Shown one piece after another: positions 1 through 16,117 of a DNA stretch of 64,000 bases; the stretch's first letter is position 1; every line of letters begins with the position of its first letter. The DNA lies in contig CAJFCJ010000002.1 of NCBI GenBank assembly GCA_904063045.1, positions 1,510,422-1,574,421 on the forward strand, given 5' to 3'. Both the position numbers and the translations under genes were made by a program. This DNA comes from Dimorphilus gyrociliatus (Eukaryota > Animalia > Annelida). Below the pieces are notes generated by a model. The model saw only the letters and a list, made by a program, of their open reading frames with translations, did no database searches and had not been told where the DNA came from.

Positions 1-468
1 GGGAGAGATAAAACTTTGCTCTTTATCCTTATATTCAACAACGATTTCTATCTCTTTTCTCAAGTCTTTACGTAACGATCGCTTCATTTCCGCCATGAGC
101 ATGTATTCGATATTAACATATAATCCATGATAAGTTTCATAAAGTGGCCGGTTGGCAACGCGAGGCTTTAGAGGAATTTCAAAAGGGAGTTCTGTTCTTC
201 CGCTCTTAACTCTTCCCGGCTTTAATATATCGATATTTGCACTAGTTAATTGGATTGGTTTAACGGAATTATAAAAGCTCTCAAATACACCAATGTTCTT
301 AGAACTCATTTTCAAGTTAACACGGCCATCCAATGCTAAGGTGACGCCTTGATGAGAAACATCCGACTTCGTATTATTTACAATAAGCACCACTCCTGTA
401 GCAGAATCCCCTTCATTATAAATTTTAGTAATTCTACGTAGTCTAATGTCAACGTGGACGTCTGACAT
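1..468 (-). CDS. VPS26C: VPS26C/DSCR3 retriever subunit, 5' part (runs off the left edge)
   Basis: Hand translation from ATG at 468: MSDVHVDIRLRRITKIYNEGDSATGVV...HQGVTLALDGRVNLKMSSKNIGVFESFYNSVKPIQ...LYETYHGLYVNIEY, matching DSCR3 motifs. Open for 156 codons to the window edge; absent from the ORF track. Confidence 0.93.
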   Translation of the reverse strand, partial: MSDVHVDIRLRRITKIYNEGDSATGVVLIVNNTKSDVSHQGVTLALDGRVNLKMSSKNIGVFESFYNSVKPIQLTSANIDILKPGRVKSGRTELPFEIPLKPRVANRPLYETYHGLYVNIEYMLMAEMKRSLRKDLRKEIEIVVEYKDKEQSFISP

Positions 469-713
469 TATCAGATTTAAATCGAAATATATAGAAATTT
501 ATTTGTATTTTTAATTGTACGCCCAATCGGTGAAAACTGGTAAAAAAAAATACCGCTCTCGCGTAATCTCGCAAGGAAAATGAAGCGCCAATTTTATTTT
601 GTTTATAAAATGGTATTAAAAAAGTTCTTTTATATTTATTCTATTAAATTTAATACAGAATTATTTTTAATAAGCTACGTCATTTGAAAATGTTAAATTT
701 TAAATGTTGAACT

Positions 714-1085
714 ATGGATAGGGGAGAAAGTGCCAAATTCGAGTTCCATAAAGAGTTGATAGGAACGATTGAACATCTCACCGAAAGGAGAGAATCGATC
801 GAATGTCAAATTCGGGAAGACGAATTGGAAAAAAAGAAACTTGAGCAAGACATTCGACTCTTAGATGATCGGTTGGCACGCTTGATTGATCGTCTACGTA
901 AAAATGGAGAAACTAGACGAAAATTAGATAAAATTCTATCAGATAGTAATGCAGCTTATCAAAAAATTTTCGAAAGTTCTCAGGCTCTCATAAGCGCAAT
1001 CAGAAAAGAAGCTGGAGAAATTGGAGGAGAAACTTCCACTTCAACACCATCGATGTCTACACATTCAATAAAAAAAGAATTTTAA
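714..1085 (+). CDS. SSNA1: SSNA1/NA14/DIP13-like coiled-coil centriolar protein, single exon
   Basis: 123-aa ORF; heptad pattern and C-terminal AAYQKIFESSQAL resemble SSNA1 AAYLKILESSQTL. Confidence 0.8.
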   Translation: MDRGESAKFEFHKELIGTIEHLTERRESIECQIREDELEKKKLEQDIRLLDDRLARLIDRLRKNGETRRKLDKILSDSNAAYQKIFESSQALISAIRKEAGEIGGETSTSTPSMSTHSIKKEF

Positions 1086-1168
1086 ATAATATAATGACAT
1101 GAATAAATTTTTATATTTGATTAAGAAAAGCGTACAGAATAAAAACAATTTCTCACTATTAAAAGTTT

Positions 1169-1532
<364 letters not shown>

Positions 1533-1803
1533 ACCTTTTTATTATAAACAACTTACTATACTCTAAATATCGCTCATTTTAATCATCTTACTTGGCTTTC
1601 TTTGTCCTGAAGGTTGTGAGGATTTTTGCAATCTAATATAAAGCGAAATTCAAATTTCAGATTTTTTTATCCTTTAATGCTTCTTTTGAACTAGTACTGC
1701 TAAATAACAATATGATCCTCCAAAACCAACGCTTCTGAATTGTACTACTAAACGGTTTTCTTTCGGAAAAATATTCATGAAAATTTATCGAGATTTAGAC
1801 TAA

Positions 1804-1831
1804 CCGGAAGTGTTGCGGAACTCTACTTCCG
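1804..1831. promoter_or_regulatory. Inverted pair of ETS-type sites in the ELOF1/COPS5 bidirectional promoter
   Basis: CCGGAAGT at 1804-1811 and ACTTCCG at 1825-1831, between divergent ATGs at 1532 and 1904. Confidence 0.4.
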
Positions 1832-1903
1832 TTTAACAAGAATAAAACCTTACAGAGTGCTGAGTAATTTTAATTGAAATTTCTGAGAAAGCCTAAAACA
1901 AAA

Positions 1904-3265
<1,362 letters not shown>

Positions 3266-3655
3266 TTATTCCTATTTCTGTGAAGTAATTGTGTAATTGG
3301 TACAAAAAAAAGCAAATATGTAACTCTAAAATACATAATCTTATATTTATTTTGTAATACGAATATTCTCCAATCATAATTGCATTTTCGACAACTTATT
3401 ATTTAACAAAAACAAGGTTCACGTAAACATATCTATAATTAGAATCGGAACAAGCGTACAAATCACCTGATGACATTACGTAGTATACACAAACGATTAA
3501 CATTGAACACTACAAATCGGTTTTTCTGGCCCGCCACCAACTGAAAACTCAAAAACATTTAAATTTATGCTGAAAGAAAAAACTTAAATAGTATAAATTG
3601 AACAACAGATTCACATAACAACCAAAAACATGGGGAAATGAGTAGTCGAAGTGAA

Positions 3656-6600
3656 TCAGCAAGTTCTGTATGGAGCGTAAACAATATGCGGTTGACAGTC
3701 TTGGGAAACAGGATATTGTGTCGGAATTGGAGGTGGATTATACGCACGGGCACCTGTTGGCGGAGGGCCATCCATGAGGATAGTATATGTTGGAATAGAT
3801 TCGGTATATGCGGCAAAGGTCACATTATTTGGGTTAGAGGGAACGAAGCTGTTAGCATTAGGATTCAAAGTAGGATTAGATTTTTTCCCCTCTTTTTTCT
3901 GCTTTGTTAGGGGAACTGCTCTTACAAGCTGTTGGCCTTCCAAATGAACAGACAACATTTTAGGGTAAAGAAGCCTTTGAAAGCGGTAAGGGATGTCTTT
4001 CGATATTTTAATCGTTGGCGGATTAGTTCGACTAGGTCCTGAATCGGAGCTACCAGCGTCGCTTACGCAACCCGAGTCTGTCAGTACGTCTTTGTTAGTA
4101 TCTTCTTTTCGCTCACCTGTATTGTCAAATGGTTCATGACCTGAAATATACATATGTGATGCTGGAGGTGCACATAAGATAGTAGTATAAGGATTTGGAG
4201 GCATCTGAGCTACTTGAGGTATGCTTCGAACGCTTTGGGATCTATGACATTCGACTCCCAGATTGAAGAAATATCTTAACGTTGCAACATCTGTAAAAAA
4301 TGTTTACATTTCAGTACATTTATGTATAGGTGTATTAAGAAAGATATACCATTGAAAGGTAAATCAGAGCCATTTGGATCAGCGGATGGTGGAATTTGAT
4401 AGTTAATGAGTAATTCTGAATTAGGAGGCATTTGAGGTATGCTTTCCTCCGCTGTACAATGATGGATATCATTATCTTGCCAATTGTTTACCCAAAATGA
4501 TCTGGGTTCACTGCCACATCTAGTTCGACAATTCGCAAAGTTCAAATTTTCCATTCCCTCTCGTATATGAGAGTCATCACACATTCCCATTTCATCGACC
4601 ATCATGGGTATTATTGACTGATCCTCTCTATTTATAATACAGTATTAAAAATGGATTGTTTCTATATTTGGAGTATATGTTGACGATTAAAACTAAAAAT
4701 ACTAACAATGTCTTCATATCGGATTTAATCCTTTCTGTATTATTTCTGCCAAAATTCATATGAAATGCTTCCTGCTTATTTTTAGGTAAGAAATTTTTCT
4801 ATTATTCTATTTCATTATATTGCATAAAAACTAACCTTTTTCTTCTTCTGTTTCTTCCTAGATCCGTTATTATTGTTATTATTGTTCTGTCCATGATCTA
4901 ATTTTAAATTATAGATTTTTTATTAGGTCTTATTTATAAAAATTTCTCTAATTAGATTAATTATTTATGTTCTGTTTCTTACCTGTTTCCCCACTCAACT
5001 TTTGATAACAGACCGCACTCGTACTGTTTCGCCTCCTAGCTAACCTCTTAACTGCATTGTACGGGACAATTTTTCTAATAGTTTAAAAATGGATAGGTTT
5101 AAAAAACATATAAATTTCAATATGTTTATTAACTTCTCTCCTATTTCCTCAATGAAAATTGTAACTGGCCCTTTATCGGCTGACAACTGTTGGACGTGGC
5201 CATGAAATGTCTCACCATCATATGAAATCTATAATTGATATTTACGTGTATTAATATATAAATAGATACTTGTAAAAATAAATGTGTGTAAGTTTTTATT
5301 ATTCATTATAAAGTATTAAAAATATTTAAACAAACCTCGCACTTATCTCCAGGCAGAAATTCGATTTCTGTCGCTAATTTTCCATTTGCCGAATTTCTTG
5401 CTGTATTATAGACTATTTTTACTTTTTGCCAAAAAATAAATGTATAGAAATGTATACAAACCTTTAGAGTTTTTCTTAGTTTCTTTACAATTGTCAAATT
5501 CAACATTTCTATAGTATTCAGGATCCAAAGATTTTGCAACCTTTATTGAGAATGCAGGTTTTTCAGTTGAAGTTGTCCTCTAAATGGCATTAAATATTAA
5601 CTTTACTATATGTATATACTAATATATACATGTATATATATATGTGTGATGTTATATACACATAGATTATTTTGTATGATTATATATTTAGCTTGCATTA
5701 ATTGATTAATAAACATAAATTTACCTTTTCGTCTTTTTTTGCCTCATTTTCATTGATAGATTTATGCGAATTTGTGGAGCTTTTTATGAAAGATGATAAA
5801 TTTTTAGTAACCTAAAAAATTTGTGAGCTTATCAATACCTTTCATTTCTAGATGCCATTATTGAATATCTAGTAGCGACCATTCCACGGGCAATTTTTAC
5901 AGCTCCTTTCACTTTAAATACGCTTTCGTATAATAATTCAAACACCAACGCTGCAATAAATGACAATTAAAATGTTTAACAATCCTCGGAACGACGTCAC
6001 ACTATTGCAGCTGTAGACGGCTGCTAGTCTTTATTGATTGGTGCGAGGAGGAGCCACTAATATTTATATGCATAGAAAATTTTTTATATAAATCATGCTA
6101 ACAAATTTAACGCAGCTCTATAAAAGAGACAATTTGAGAAACTACCGCAAACTAACAGATTGAACCACCATCTGTCTCTGCACATATTTTATTTTGAATT
6201 AGTAGCTCATTTTAAATGACTGCATCTACCTATAGAAAAATAAGCTAACTGTTAAAATGCAGTCTCTGCAGGTAGTTGTGAATTATTTCTATGGTAACAA
6301 TTGTAATTTTTTTTAACGAGTTATTTGTTAATTAAAATACAAATAATGAAAATTCCATATCAAATGCGAAATAAAATCATCAATAAAAACAATTTCCTAT
6401 TCTTAAAGTTACATAAGATCGCGAATAACAATTAATTTATTCTTGCTTACATTGACAAAAAGCGTAAGAGTCCAGATGGCTTCTCGGATAAACGCAGTCG
6501 TAATGATTACCGTTCGACAAGCACAAAGTAATCTAATTGAAGGGGAAAAGGAAAATTAGAAGTAAATAAAGAATAAATGATAAGTTAATAATATATATAT

Positions 6601-7726
6601 ATATATATACTTTATCCTGAAAGTTTTGATCTGTAATGTTTACTGGATCCTTTTCAACTTCGAAAAATATGACAAAATCTCGTCTGTAGTGAGATAGTAA
6701 TCTCTTGATATTACGAATAGAAACAAGGAAAATTCTTACTTATAAATTAACGACAAGGCTAACATTTCTAAAGTTCCGCCCCATTCCTATAAAATAGAAA
6801 AGAAAAAAGAAGAAGTAGAAAAGGAATTGAGTAGAAATTGTCCAAGTAGAAGTGAGTAGTAAGGACGGTAATAAAAAAAAAGTGTGGAAAAATTTGTGCA
6901 ACCTTTCAAGAAAAAATTTAATTATATTACCTTAGGATTTTGTAAATTCTTCAAGTGTCCGACTAGGTTACCGTTGACATACTGAATACAAAAATGTTTA
7001 TAAAAAATATTAAAAAAAATAAGATAATACACATATATAAGCATAAATTATAAAGTAACCTTTTGAGTAAAAGCTGGTATTAAATTGATTATGCATCTCA
7101 TAAGGGAAACGTGCGCATTTCAATATTAAAAAAAAAAATAAAGCATAAAAACAGAACAGCAAATAAAAAAAAAGCATGTACAAACCTTTTCAAATATACT
7201 ACTATTATCGGACATAAATTGAACGCATTGATTACGTAAGTTCAAATGCTGAGTTTGATCTACCAAAAGCTAAAAGGAGGAATTAAAGACTTTACAAAAA
7301 AGGAATATCTTTTTCAAGAGTGAAAATTTCACGTTTTCTCCCTTTTTTTTTTTACAAATATTCTTTTTTTATTTTTTTGACATACAAGACGCTCTTGTAC
7401 AACCAGCACATATTTGTATAATAAGAGAACCTTTCTATCATATTTTATTAGCAAGTATATATAAGAGCGTTGGGCGGTATCACAATATCGAAATTTCAAC
7501 CACGCCCGTTATTCAAAAAAAATAAATGAACTCTTTTTTTCTACCTGGTCGGCCACTGCTCGAAATAGACACGAACTACCTTTAATTATTGGCTTTCTCC
7601 AAAGGCCTATGCTCTAGAATATAAATTAATAATTAAATACATTTAGCTAAATTCTTTATTATATTGTAAATATACTCCGAAATATTCGTCCATAACGGAC
7701 AATTGGGATTCTTTTACATTTCTCAT
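3656..7726 (-). CDS. OTUD4/ALG13-like OTU deubiquitinase with Tudor-like domain and low-complexity tail
   Basis: Hand-spliced exons: GLWRKPIIKGSSCLFRAVADQ, EWGGTLEMLALSLIYKRDFVIF, LLCLSNGNHYDCVYP, CQSLVFELLYESVFK, EFLPGDKCEV, GHVQQLSADKGPVTIFIEEIG. These follow the OTUD4 OTU+Tudor order. Start and end are approximate. Confidence 0.85.
5951..6450. mobile_element. Possible non-autonomous element remnant inside an enlarged 500-nt intron of the OTUD4-like gene
   Basis: Intron is several times longer than typical here; has a GC-richer core (~5985-6060) and an internal inverted repeat GACTGCAT/ATGCAGTC (~6218-6263). No clear TIR or TSD found. Confidence 0.25.
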
Positions 7727-8178
7727 TTTGACCTCTAAACAGACCATGTATCAAAAAAACAGCAGAATTCTAACTAAACTACTTTTAGCTGGTAGTGTGA
7801 AAACTACTCAACAACAGCATATACTTTTCGTAAAAAGTTATTTAATTATTAATTCTAAAAAAAAATAATAATTAACTAATTAAAAAAATACAATTAATTA
7901 TATTTTCTTTAAAGTTTATTTTAAAAATTCTTTAAAACAACAATTTTTAATCATAAGAAAGTACAATTAAAAAAAAAAAGAATACGGATCATCTTATACA
8001 GATGGCGCTGTGATTTTATCGAATGTTTTTTTCTTATGTTTATCAATTATGACTAACTAAGATAGATTACAGATTAATGATAGAAGATGAATGGTTCGTT
8101 TGTGTTTATATCTTTTACCCAGAATATAAAGGCAAAGAAACATCAAATTGTTTTCAGAAATAGAGATACAAGATTATT

Positions 8179-10023
8179 ATGAAAGTTTTGTCAATATCAA
8201 TAAAATTGCTTCTAACTTACTTTACTTGTATACAAGTTATAAATTCTACTATAACTTTGAAAGATGACGAAATAATTGCGAAAATAGATGACTTTATAAA
8301 TGGGTTATTACAGTGTCGTAATGTACCTGGTTTAAGCTTAGGTATTGTAAGAAATGGAAAGGTACATATTCATATACGTTCCTCTAACTATATAAAGTAT
8401 ACAATATATATTGTGCATGTGCTAATTAAGTTAATTTCCAATAGACGTTTCTTACGAAAGGCTACGGTGTCAGGAATATTGAAAGTGGTGAGCCACTTAC
8501 CGAATATACGAAATTCAACATTGCGTCTATAACTAAATCATTTGTCGCTTCAACACTTGCAAAAATTTTTCAAGATAGAGAAGAGTAAGTTGCAGTCTAT
8601 GCGTATAAATAAACTCTAATAATACATTACATTTATATATTAATAGTATTGGCTTCTCTACTCCGATAAGGGATATTCTGGGCCAAAGTTTTTATTTGTC
8701 AGATTCGTGTAGAACTAAATCGATAACCCTTAAAGACGCCTTGTCTCATAGAACAGGACTACCAAGAAATGACGTAATAAGATTCTCCACAATGGATAAA
8801 GATGATTTGATATTCAGATTAAGATATCTAGACTTCACTAAAGATTTTAGGGACAGTTATATGTACAATAATTTAATGTATATTCTTAGTGCACACGTTA
8901 TTGAAGCCATACAGGATAATGGTAAAAGCTGGGAAGAAGCTACAAAAGATTTTATATTCAGGCCTCTTAATATGACTGACACGACATTTGTCACAGATAG
9001 AAGTGACTGGGATAAATATGCAACTGGTTATGGAAAACGTTCCAAGGCGGAGAATAAAGAAATTGACTTTGAAATGGTTAATAATGCATATAATACAAGT
9101 ACTGGACCTGGAGGTATTGGATCGAATGCTGTTGATATGGTAAAATATATAAAATTTCACCTATCGAATGGACGAAATGAAAATGGGGAAGAAGTGGTTA
9201 AAGAAGAGAGTTTTTTGAAAATTAGAGACCCTGTCGTACCAACACAACCCCAAGGAAATACAGATTTGGGAGATGGACTAATTGTTTGGTCAGCAATCCA
9301 ATATGGAATGGGACTAGTTCGCGGCTACAATAGAGGTATTATCTTACAACACCAATCTACAATTATCTAAAGTTAAATTATGATAACTTAATCTATTTTT
9401 AATCAGGTTATCAAACGATCCTACACGGAGGTAGCCAAGGGGGCTATCTGTCTCAAGTTGAACTAGTTCCAAAACTAAAAAATGGAGTTTTTGTCAGTTC
9501 TAACGCCAACGGAGATACAGGCGCACTTCATGTGCAAGCCACCACATTTATTAATGATTTACTAGCTACAGGGGCACCATGGTTAAATCTAAGTATTGCT
9601 TGTGAAAGTTCCAAATCTACTGACAATTCTCAAAAGAATATTCGAGATACCTTATTGGAAGACAATCGTCAACATTTCTCAACAAAAAGATCAAGATTCG
9701 TAAAACAGGACAATCAAATTTATACAGGTCAATACGGAAACTTTGCGTATGGGAATATAACCATTTACGAAGAAAATCAAGATCTTTTCTTGTCATATGG
9801 TCCAATACTAAAATATAAATTAGAACCCTTTCCTTTTGAGCATATCTTTTTCTGCCAAGGACAAGGTATATACTGGAACGCTAATACGGTAGCTGAGTTT
9901 CGAAATATACGTGATAATAAGGCAACAGAAGTTTTAACGCTGCTTGAACCTAATTCACCTCCTGTTTTTGTTCGTGATAGATTAATGAGTGAGGCACCTG
10001 CGCCCCCCGAACCATGTGATTAA
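8179..10023 (+). CDS. Secreted serine beta-lactamase/PBP-family hydrolase with C-terminal DUF3471-like region, multi-exon
   Basis: Signal peptide; GLSLGIVRNGK; SxxK (SITK, 8526-8537); YxN (YNN, 8864-8872); HGG (9424-9432); LSHRTGLP. Confidence 0.88.
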
Positions 10024-10601
10024 AAGTATTTTCTTTTGTTCAAATAAAATATCGAATAAAAGGATGCCAGTCTATATTGCGATGACTTTATTACACGTTA
10101 GCAAAATTAGAATAGTATAGGTGGCGTAATAGTCAATTTACACCGGTAACGTTTCGAGAAAAACCGAGGCAAATGTCTGACTATATTACCATCAGAGACG
10201 CCATTTGTTTTCTATAGAAAGTGTGCGTTACCCTTAAAAGTCCATTTCTGAAACTCGTGTCATGTGATTCACTTACTCTCCAAGAAACGCCCGATCACTT
10301 TGTAATAAATTAACATAAACTGTTATTACATCTCGTGTTCATCATTCACCAAAGGTATTTTAAAGCACCTTAACCAATTTATATTGATTAGGTGACAGAT
10401 GTTAGTCAGCTTAAATTGAATTTTCAATTTCTGTTATCGCTCATGTCTCTATGTTTTGGGATAGTAAATACGGACTAACCCAACGTAAACATTGAGAAAT
10501 CGGCTGAACTTGATATAATACAGTGTAAATAAAATTTTTGAAACAAAATGGTTATCATTTTACTCTTCATTTTTCAGGTGAACTTGAGTACTTCTTTCAG
10601 G

Positions 10602-11762
10602 ATGATGAAAAGCTTTCAAATTGCTATTTTGTTTTACTTTCTCTTTCGTAAGTACTAATAGTTTCACTTTAGGATAATTTATGATAAATTCAATTTTTCT
10701 TCCTAATCCTCTATAATATATCAAAAAAGTAGGAGAGAAGGTTCTTTGTGTACCGACCAAGCCATCTATAGGGACTCCACAGCCAATACTTTCTACGATT
10801 GGCCAATCTGCTTCAGATATAACACTGAGCCAAACCTCGTAAATATAATTTACACTTTCAAGATTAAACATTACTCAACAGAACTGCATTTGTAGTTGTG
10901 GCTTTATAAGAGATTAGTGAAATAGATAGTAAAACTGCAAAATGTACCTTATTAACATCAGTTATTTCTTAATAGTAATCTTCCAAATGTGACGACCAAT
11001 ATTTCTAAGGATTTAGTAACTAAATCATCAACTGAGGCTACGACCACTGAAAGTGCGACATCTCAAAATCAAAGAGAAATGACTATTTCGCCTAATTCTA
11101 CTGAGGCAACCACAGATACAGGAGTTACTGGAGTTTTCTCTTCGCCGTCTCCTACTTCCCTTAATTCCACTGTTACTGAAAGTACTGATGACAATGTCAC
11201 CGACTCAAATACTGTACCGACTGAAAGTTACTCCACCGACAGAACTCCTCAAAGCCCTATTTCTATTTCCTCAAGTACAGTTTCTGAGAGTACGGTAACA
11301 AATACTGAATTGTCGACTGAATCTGTTACAACCGAATCTCCTTCAGAATCTCCCATTGATAAGAAAGGTAAAAAAAGTAAGTTATAGTTATTATTGCGTT
11401 TAATAATTTGATAAAATAATAATAGAAATGTTATCGCCAGATAAAAAAGAAAAAAGCCGGAAAGCTTTATTGGCCGTTGTGATCTCGTTCGTTTTTGTGG
11501 CTATAATAGCCGTCGTAGTTGGAGTGATTATCATGAAACATAGGTAAGAATCGTGATAAGAATCTAAATTTAAATAAAGATTAATTCAAACATTAATTCG
11601 GTATTTTTTATCAGGAAAAAACAATATAGTAATTTGGGAGACGATTCTTGCGTGCAATTTACTAATCCATTGCACAGTAATTTTCAAGATGCTGCAGCAG
11701 TACCAACAAATCAAAGTTCAGAAGAAAAGCATGCTGTGAGATTCGGAAAATATAACAATTAA
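10602..11762 (+). CDS. Mucin-like Ser/Thr-rich type I membrane protein
   Basis: Signal-like exon MMKSFQIAILFYFLF; Ser/Thr-rich exon ~10977-11368; TM ALLAVVISFVFVAIIAVVVGVIIM; tail KKQYSNL...FTNPLH...KYNN*. An in-frame upstream ATG lies at 10548. Confidence 0.7.
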
Positions 11763-12158
11763 AAAATATGGTCCAGAAAGAAGAATTACTTGAAATCATA
11801 AAGAGATAAATTATATTTCATACGTGTATCGTATAAATATATATACAGTATATATATACATTTATAAATTATGTAATAATTGTTCTCATATTGATCGTTC
11901 CAGAATTCCTTTGTATTCTACACCTTTACTGTTAAACTTCTCTTTATATTTTGGCTTGCAGAACATAATTTATGTTTAAATATCAATATACTATTTTATA
12001 GTCAAGTACAGTATATAATAATATACTTTTGAAATCACCTCAAAGTATACAAATTCTAGGAAACAGTTATAAATATATAATGATTCTTAAATATACATCA
12101 TTAGTTTATTTAATTATTTGAAAGTAGAAACTCTAGATGCTTATTTTTCTTGTTTTTT

Positions 12159-12858
12159 TTATATTATTAACTTTATAGATTTGACATTCTCCCTATTCTT
12201 CAGCCATTGATATATGTAAAATATTCGAAATACGAACGTTAATAATAGAAGGGATATTATATACAAATAACTGGGGAGCTGTTTTGTTGTCCCAAGTGGG
12301 TACAGCCAAAGTCCTCTACGATTGGCATCTCTTAATTGATGAGAGAGGCCAGATACAAGGAAAATAAATGGCAAATTTCTTATTTGCTTAAATTTGCATC
12401 GATATGTTAGAACGACGAGAAGGAGAGATGAAAATACGATGAAGGTGACTGAGTGTGCATGAGGCCTATACTTTAGAGAAACTGCTGACTGAAATAGATC
12501 AAATTATTAGAATATTCACTATTTTCGAGTTTTGACCTACTCTCAAGCTAAATGCGCGAGCCTCAACGAAATGGTCCAGATCAATCAATGAACCTACAAC
12601 GGCACTTGTCAAACTTTCAATTAGTAGAATTCGGTAATTATTGACACTATCCGTTCGTACAACCAGCCAAGAGAGAAAGGCTATGAGAGCATGACCAGCA
12701 TTATCAAAGATAGCTTTTATCCAGAGATTTTGTGAATAATTAAAAACGAGAAAATCGACGACTAGCGCCAATCCATACAAACTAACAATTAAAAATATAC
12801 ATTTAAAGCTAATTAGTTTCCAAAAGAACTCTAAAATGAATGACTTTTCGAATGACAT
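12159..12858 (-). CDS. TMEM267: Transmembrane protein 267 (C5orf28-like), 2 exons
   Basis: DNAGHALIAFLSW, SLIDLDHFVEAR, SHQLRDANRRGLWLYP motifs. Confidence 0.88.
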
Positions 12859-13424
12859 AAAATAAAAGAACTGCCAACAAATTTTGTGTTCGTTGGTAAT
12901 CTAACTTTAAAACTACTTCCTGTCAGACGTAGATGGGTTCTCTTGCCGAATATAATGGCTAAGAAAGAAAATATATAGGTTAATCGTAAATGAAGTCTCT
13001 ATTTTTTATGAAAGAGATGAAAAGTATTAACCTTTAAATTAAATTATTACTGTTTATTTAACGTTTATTAAATAATCACATTTCATTTGCCTTTTCCGAC
13101 TTGACAAGAATATTAAACTAGCCGCGAATATACTACAATACGGCAGTAACCACTCTAACAAACTGGCACTCAGGTAAAATATTAAGATGACAAACATGGC
13201 GTCGAAATGAGTTTGATTGAATGATCGGCTAAAAAAAAGCTTAATAAACATGATAGAATAAAGTGACATGTGTTAATGGTAACTTTTATAGGTAAATACA
13301 TAATTATTATGCAGATCTTTAACTTAGATTTTTAGATAAAGTTATTTTCCTGTTTTTTATCATCTACATATGCTGTAATAATTTGTATTACTTAACTTCC
13401 ATCAATAAAGATTGAAAAAAGAGC

Positions 13425-15575
<2,151 letters not shown>

Positions 15576-16117
15576 TTATTTTTTTTTTCTGTCTTTAACA
15601 ATTAAAAATTTCAAAATGAACAATTTAATTGCTGAATTGAACATAAACTGTTAATTCTGTTCTAGTCATGGTCTCAAAGTTTTTGATGTAATTTTATTAT
15701 ATTTTGATTATAATCTAAAAAACAACAATGCAAATTTATGTTATAGTCTAATTTACATGTATTTAATTGTTTTCTTTTTTATTTAATAATGATACAAAGC
15801 TAATTGTTGTCACAAATACTTATTAATGACTACCTGATTGAAAGTTATTGTAATTTTGTTTTGTTTTTATATATGTATATACACAATTGAAGCGAACACG
15901 ATAATAAACTGAAAGTATTGACGTCAATACATCTGGATAAGTGGATATTCTTGAATTTAGATATGAATAGCAGTCAAGTACCCCGTCTGTATAAAAAAGT
16001 TTCTAAATCTAAAATTCGGAAAAATAGTACCGAACCAGTCTATTCGAATTCTTTTTGATATTTACCGAAGAACTTCGATTATAACAATTTAGATTTTTTC
16101 TTATTAGTATTTTAATT

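Noticed and set aside
3565-3910. Overlapping ORFs 3565-3816 (-) and 3638-3910 (+)
   Set aside because: They are alternative frames or antisense of the OTUD4-like last exon.
10560-10871. 103-aa minus-strand ORF
   Set aside because: It is the antisense shadow of the first exons of the plus-strand mucin-like gene.
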